Source: Mantamonas sphyraenae STR306 (lineage: Eukaryota; Protista; CRuMs). From it: a stretch of 64,000 nt of DNA. Numbering within the stretch: the first letter of the stretch is position 1; each line of letters opens with the position of its first letter. Both the position numbers and the translations under genes were made by a program. The notes under the pieces were generated by a model. That model was not told where the DNA came from. It did no database searches and worked only from the letters and a program-made list of their open reading frames with translations. This document shows, in pieces, positions 59,914 to 64,000 of this stretch. The stretch spans positions 299,437-363,436 of the forward strand of contig JAPMXV010000057.1 of assembly GCA_026936335.1 (NCBI GenBank), read 5' to 3'.

Positions 59914-62895
59914 TCATTCGAGGCGCTGGCGTTTTGAGGAGGAGAATGTGGAAGAGGAGGGGTCTTTGCGCTTGGGGAGGGTGAAGGAAGAGATGGGGTA
60001 GGCGTTGACGAGTGCGACAGTGGTGGGGCGGGTGGTGATGTGGGGTGTGATGCGGTCGATGAGGGTGTGGAGGAGGGTGTGCAGTGTGGCGTCGCTGGGT
60101 TCGGGGTTGTCGAGCCAGGTGATCTTGAGGGAGAGGGACGTGACGCCGCGGGTGAGGGTTTTGCTGATAGCAGGTTGAACCTGCTTGTAGGCGAGGTGTG
60201 GCCTGAGGAGGCGAACAAAGAAGGCCAGGTCGACAGGCGGCACGCCCACGTTGCCCAGCGCCAGGATGATGTGACGCAGCAGGGGCATCAGGCTGCCGGT
60301 GTTGATCAGCTCACGCAGTGCCTGGTGTTCGTGTGAATGCTGATGGCGAGGGTGCTTGGCTGCGCGTGCCTTCATGTGTGCCAGCAGCGTCTGGAACTCC
60401 CGAGCCGTGCAGCTGGCACGCTCGTCGCTGGGACTGTGCTTTGCCCAGCCACTGCGCACAGACTCAGGATGCCACTTGTCCACCGTGTTGGTGGTGAGGT
60501 GGTGGTCGTAGTCGTATTGTGTCCAGTGTGGGTCGCTGTCGTTGTCAGCAGGGCGTCGTGCTTTCTGCAGCCACAGCTGGGTCTGCTTGTGCTCCTCCCA
60601 GGTGGTGGGATGGGGAGTGTTGCCAAAAGTGTCCATCTCTGCCATGAGCAGGTGGAGGAGGGCGTAGTTGGGGTCGCCGTGGTCGTGTGGTTCCTCCAGC
60701 CAGCACACCTTCAACCCAGCCTTTGTCACACCCATGGCCAGACCAGCGTGGGGGATGGCTTTTCTGCACGTCTGTTGATCCATGTCACGGCCAAGAAGGG
60801 TGAGGAAGAAGGCCATGTCGCCCTGGGAGAGGGGAATGTTGCCCAGAGCGAGCTGAATCTGTCGGACCAGCGTCAGCAGGGTGCCATGGCAGACCAGAAC
60901 ACGCGCTTGCAGGGCCATGAGGTCGGAGATGTCGTCGATGGGATACTCGTTGGCCAGAGTGTGCATGTGGTTCAGCAGTGCCGTGTGCTCCTTCTTGTTG
61001 CTGTGGCTGCGCTCGCTCTTGCGCCAGTACGTCCAGCCACTGCGCACAACGCCATCTGGCAGTCCATCCTCCACGGCCACCACTTCCTCCTCTGTTGGCT
61101 CGGGAAGAACAAGATTGGGGATGTCGAGTGCGTTGACGAGTGGATAGGTGGTGGGGCGGGTGGCGATGTGGGGTGTGATGCTGTCGATGAGGGTGTGCAG
61201 GAGGGTGTGCAGTGTGGCGTCGCTGGGTTGGGGGTTGTCGAGCCAGGCGATCTTGAGGGAGAGGGAGGTGACGCCGCGGGTGAGGGTGTGGCTGATGGCA
61301 TTCACGACCTGCTGGTAGGTGAGATGCGGTCTGAGGAGGCGGACAAAGAAGGCCAGGTCGACAGGCGGCACGCCCACGTTGCCCAGCGCCAGGATGATGT
61401 GTCGCAACAGGGACCTCATGTCGCCGTTGTTGATCAGCTCACGCAGTGCCTGGAGCTCGTGTGCCTGCTCATGGCGAGGATGCTTGGCTGCGCGTGCCTT
61501 CATGTGTGCCAGCAGCGACTGAAACTCCCGCGCCGTGCAGCTGCCACGCTCGTCTTTGGGATTGTGCGTTGCCCAGCCACTGCGCACAGACTCAGGATGC
61601 CACTTGTCAACCTTGGTGGTGGTGAGGTGGTGGTCGTAGTCGCACTGTGTCCAGTGTGGGTCGCTGTTGTTGTCAGCAGGGCGTCGTGCTTCCTGCAGCC
61701 ACAGCTGGGTCTGCTTGTGCTCCTTCCAGGTGTTGGGATGGGGCCTGTTGCCGAGAGTCTCCATCTCTGCCATGAGCAGGTGGAGAAGGGCGTAGTTGGG
61801 GTCGCCGTAGTCGTGTGGCTCCTCCAGCCAGCACACCTTCAACCCAGCCTCTGTCACACCCATGGCCAGACCAGCGTGGTCAATGGCAAGGTTGCACGCC
61901 TGTTGATCCGTGTCACGGCCGAGAAGGGAGAGGCAGAAGGCCATGTCGCCCTGGGAGAGGGGAATGTTGCCCACAGCGAGCTGAATCTGTCGGATCAGCA
62001 TGTTCAGGGTGCCATGGCAGACCACAACACGCGCCTGCAGGGTCATCAGGTCGGGGATGTCGTCGATGGGATGCTCGATGGCCAGGGTGTGCATGTTCTT
62101 CAGCAGTGCCGTGTGCTCCTTCTTGTTGCTGTGGCTGCGCTCGTCACTGTACCCCAATGTCCACCCTTTGCGCACAACGCCATCTGGCAACTTGTTCTTC
62201 TTGTTGACGCCTGGTTTCTTCCTTGCACCGTTGTTTCCGTTCTTGGCCCTCCTTGCGCGTGTGCTCGACGTTCCTGTCTCTGTGCCACTGCCAGCCGTCA
62301 CCCTGATCCTGCGCTGTCCACTGCCTTTCTTCTGTTGGGGAGCAGTAAGACGACTGTTTTGGCCTCTGCGTCGTCGTCTGTGCCCTCTACTTGTGCGTTT
62401 TGGCTGCCATTCGTCCGTGTACTCCTGTTCCATGTCGTCTGCGTCGTCGTGGCTGTCGTCTTGCGGCATGTACTCCTCATCCATGGCATCACCAGTGTCT
62501 GCAAAGCTGAGTGCGCCCTGAGTGTCCAACTCGTCGTCCACGTGTTGCCGGGTTGCGTCGGTTGCCTCGCCGTCTTCTTCGTACGCCTCCATCCATGAGC
62601 TGGTCGTCATCCACTCTGAGTTGCTGGAGGTCGAACGTGGCTCACGGTGGCCAAAGTTCAGAAATATCAGGTCCTCCACGTCACCGATGTCTTGTGTGTG
62701 TGTGTCCTGGTCTGCGTCGTCGTCGTCGCTGTCTCCAGTCTGCTGTGTGGCCTGGTGAGTGGAGGACGACGATGTGGTGGTGGATGTGGTCCGTGTGATG
62801 CCGACAAAGGCAGGGCTGATGTGTTTTGGGACGCGGTTGTGGTTTGTGGTGCGTTGAGCAGGCGGAGGGTGAAACGGAGGCTGAGCGAAGTGCAT
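59914..62895 (-). CDS. Telomere-proximal orphan protein with two 376-aa tandem units
   Basis: 993-aa ATG-initiated ORF with an acidic then basic (NLS-like) N-terminus. The frame is preserved across both repeat copies. Confidence 0.7.
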   Translation of the reverse strand: MHFAQPPFHPPPAQRTTNHNRVPKHISPAFVGITRTTSTTTSSSSTHQATQQTGDSDDDDADQDTHTQDIGDVEDLIFLNFGHREPRSTSSNSEWMTTSSWMEAYEEDGEATDATRQHVDDELDTQGALSFADTGDAMDEEYMPQDDSHDDADDMEQEYTDEWQPKRTSRGHRRRRRGQNSRLTAPQQKKGSGQRRIRVTAGSGTETGTSSTRARRAKNGNNGARKKPGVNKKNKLPDGVVRKGWTLGYSDERSHSNKKEHTALLKNMHTLAIEHPIDDIPDLMTLQARVVVCHGTLNMLIRQIQLAVGNIPLSQGDMAFCLSLLGRDTDQQACNLAIDHAGLAMGVTEAGLKVCWLEEPHDYGDPNYALLHLLMAEMETLGNRPHPNTWKEHKQTQLWLQEARRPADNNSDPHWTQCDYDHHLTTTKVDKWHPESVRSGWATHNPKDERGSCTAREFQSLLAHMKARAAKHPRHEQAHELQALRELINNGDMRSLLRHIILALGNVGVPPVDLAFFVRLLRPHLTYQQVVNAISHTLTRGVTSLSLKIAWLDNPQPSDATLHTLLHTLIDSITPHIATRPTTYPLVNALDIPNLVLPEPTEEEVVAVEDGLPDGVVRSGWTYWRKSERSHSNKKEHTALLNHMHTLANEYPIDDISDLMALQARVLVCHGTLLTLVRQIQLALGNIPLSQGDMAFFLTLLGRDMDQQTCRKAIPHAGLAMGVTKAGLKVCWLEEPHDHGDPNYALLHLLMAEMDTFGNTPHPTTWEEHKQTQLWLQKARRPADNDSDPHWTQYDYDHHLTTNTVDKWHPESVRSGWAKHSPSDERASCTAREFQTLLAHMKARAAKHPRHQHSHEHQALRELINTGSLMPLLRHIILALGNVGVPPVDLAFFVRLLRPHLAYKQVQPAISKTLTRGVTSLSLKITWLDNPEPSDATLHTLLHTLIDRITPHITTRPTTVALVNAYPISSFTLPKRKDPSSSTFSSSKRQRLE
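59990..62190. repeat. Tandem duplication, period 1128 nt
   Basis: gccatctggca at 61051 and 62179; gcgttgacgagt at 60002 and 61130. Confidence 0.95.
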
Positions 62896-63764
62896 CTGGG
62901 CGGTTTGTCGCGGCTGAGGAGGCGGCGGAGGAGGGTAGGCGTAGTATGGGTGGCTGTGATGAGCATATGCGTGGTGCTACTGCGGGTGGGTGTTGACAGG
63001 GACCCAGATGATGGGTGGCTGTGGGTGCTGGAACGGGTTTTGTACGCCAGAGACGGGCAGCATGTTCGGAAATGGCTGGGCAGCCATGGGAGGGACCATG
63101 TACCCGTAGCTGTGGGGAGACGGGGAGGGGCAGGGTGGGTTGGAAACGGTGAGCGGAAGGCGGAACGGACGCCGTCACAGCAGAAGCGGGGGTGAAGGGA
63201 GGCTTGAACGAGCAAAGAGGGAAAAAACGGAGGAGATTGGCAGACGGGAAAACTGGCAACGGGGAGGGCAGTGACAGGGGAGAGGGGATCGGAGAAGAAC
63301 GAAGAAGGCAGCGACGGTGGTGATGGGGAAGTAGAGAAGCAGGGGAGGAGTGCAGGGAAGCGACGGAGGCATGGAGGAGGCAAGGAAGCGGGAGAAGCGG
63401 GCAGTCAGAATGCGGAGTGGAAGGCAGAAAGCACGCTGGGTAGGTGTTGGGTGTGTGTTGTTGCTTGGGAGTGCTTGAGTAGTCTTTGTCCATGGTGGCG
63501 GTGGTGGTGCTGGAGTGTATGTGGATTGTGTTGGACTGGTGGAGGGTGTTGTGGGTGTTGGTGAAATTTTGGTTGAAGGCGGATGGGCAGTGCTAACTGG
63601 GCGGCGTTGCGCGACGACGATCACTCACCAGCAACATTTCCACTCCCACCCATTGCCCACTACCCCATGTCATCATCCAACTCAGCCACCCCGCCAGCAA
63701 ACACGAGCACAACTCACTTGACCTAGACCGGACTCATATTATCAACAATCGAACATCCCACCAA

Positions 63765-63967
63765 TTAGGGTTAGGGTTAGGATTAGGATTAGGGTTAGGG
63801 TTAGGGTTAGGGTTAGGGTTAGGGTTAGGGTTAGGGTTAGGGTTAGGGTTAGGGTTAGGGTAGGGGTTAGGGTTAGGGTTAGGTTAGGGTTAGGGTTAGG
63901 GTTAGGGTTAGGGTTAGGGTTAGGGTTAGGGTTAGGGTTAGGGTTAGGGTTAGGGTTAGGGTTAGGG

Positions 63968-64000
<33 letters not shown>
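63765..64000 (+). repeat. Telomeric repeat (TTAGGG)n, chromosome end
   Basis: About 39 units with the G-strand running toward the end. Variants include TTAGGA x2 proximally, TAGGGG, TTAGG and TTTAGGG. Confidence 0.99.

Noticed and set aside
58340-63764. Telomere-associated retrotransposon or DNA transposon
   Set aside because: No RT, endonuclease, transposase or helicase motifs, and no terminal repeats or poly(A), were seen.
1-64000. CRISPR arrays, rRNA or tRNA genes
   Set aside because: No repeat-spacer structure or recognisable RNA-gene motifs were seen by eye. tRNAscan or Infernal would be needed to exclude small RNAs.

Overview
The window is the distal 64 kb of a eukaryotic chromosome arm. 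It ends in a (TTAGGG)n telomere at 63765-64000. The organism is a very gene-dense, GC-rich, intron-poor protist, and I cannot assign its taxon from the sequence. It uses the standard code and GT-AG introns of about 60-290 nt, and most intergenic gaps are 4-140 bp. About 28 protein genes can be supported. Most are housekeeping genes: SNM1/PSO2, TMC, PIG-L, FDXR, ADCK, an FGD-like RhoGEF, NIPA, CISD, LYRM5, a TLC protein, SLC35, an M1 aminopeptidase, REV7, VPS18, PMT and a UBAP1-like gene. Several of these are spliced and are missed or split by the ORF track. The most unusual elements are as follows. (1) A secreted, Cys-free polyprotein at 7271-9119 alternates acidic spacers with ~115-aa cationic amphipathic modules, which is the layout of a membrane-lytic/antimicrobial peptide precursor. 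(2) Two tail-to-tail giant LRR genes at 27496-41805 share a degenerate PI3/4-kinase-like domain; one adds a DUF294-type nucleotidyltransferase fold and the other a Ras-like GTPase and an F-box. (3) An RBR E3 ligase carries four bacterial-SH3-like repeats. (4) GBA2 glucosylceramidase is fused to an RGS domain. (5) A PHTF/7TMIC-like channel has a triplicated motif. (6) The subtelomere holds an LRR-ANK-F-box gene and a nested-repeat orphan gene. (7) GC skew appears to flip near 15 kb, which suggests a replication origin. Four frameshifts and one scrambled segment are most simply explained as assembly errors. All family calls come from motif recognition by eye; no searches were run.
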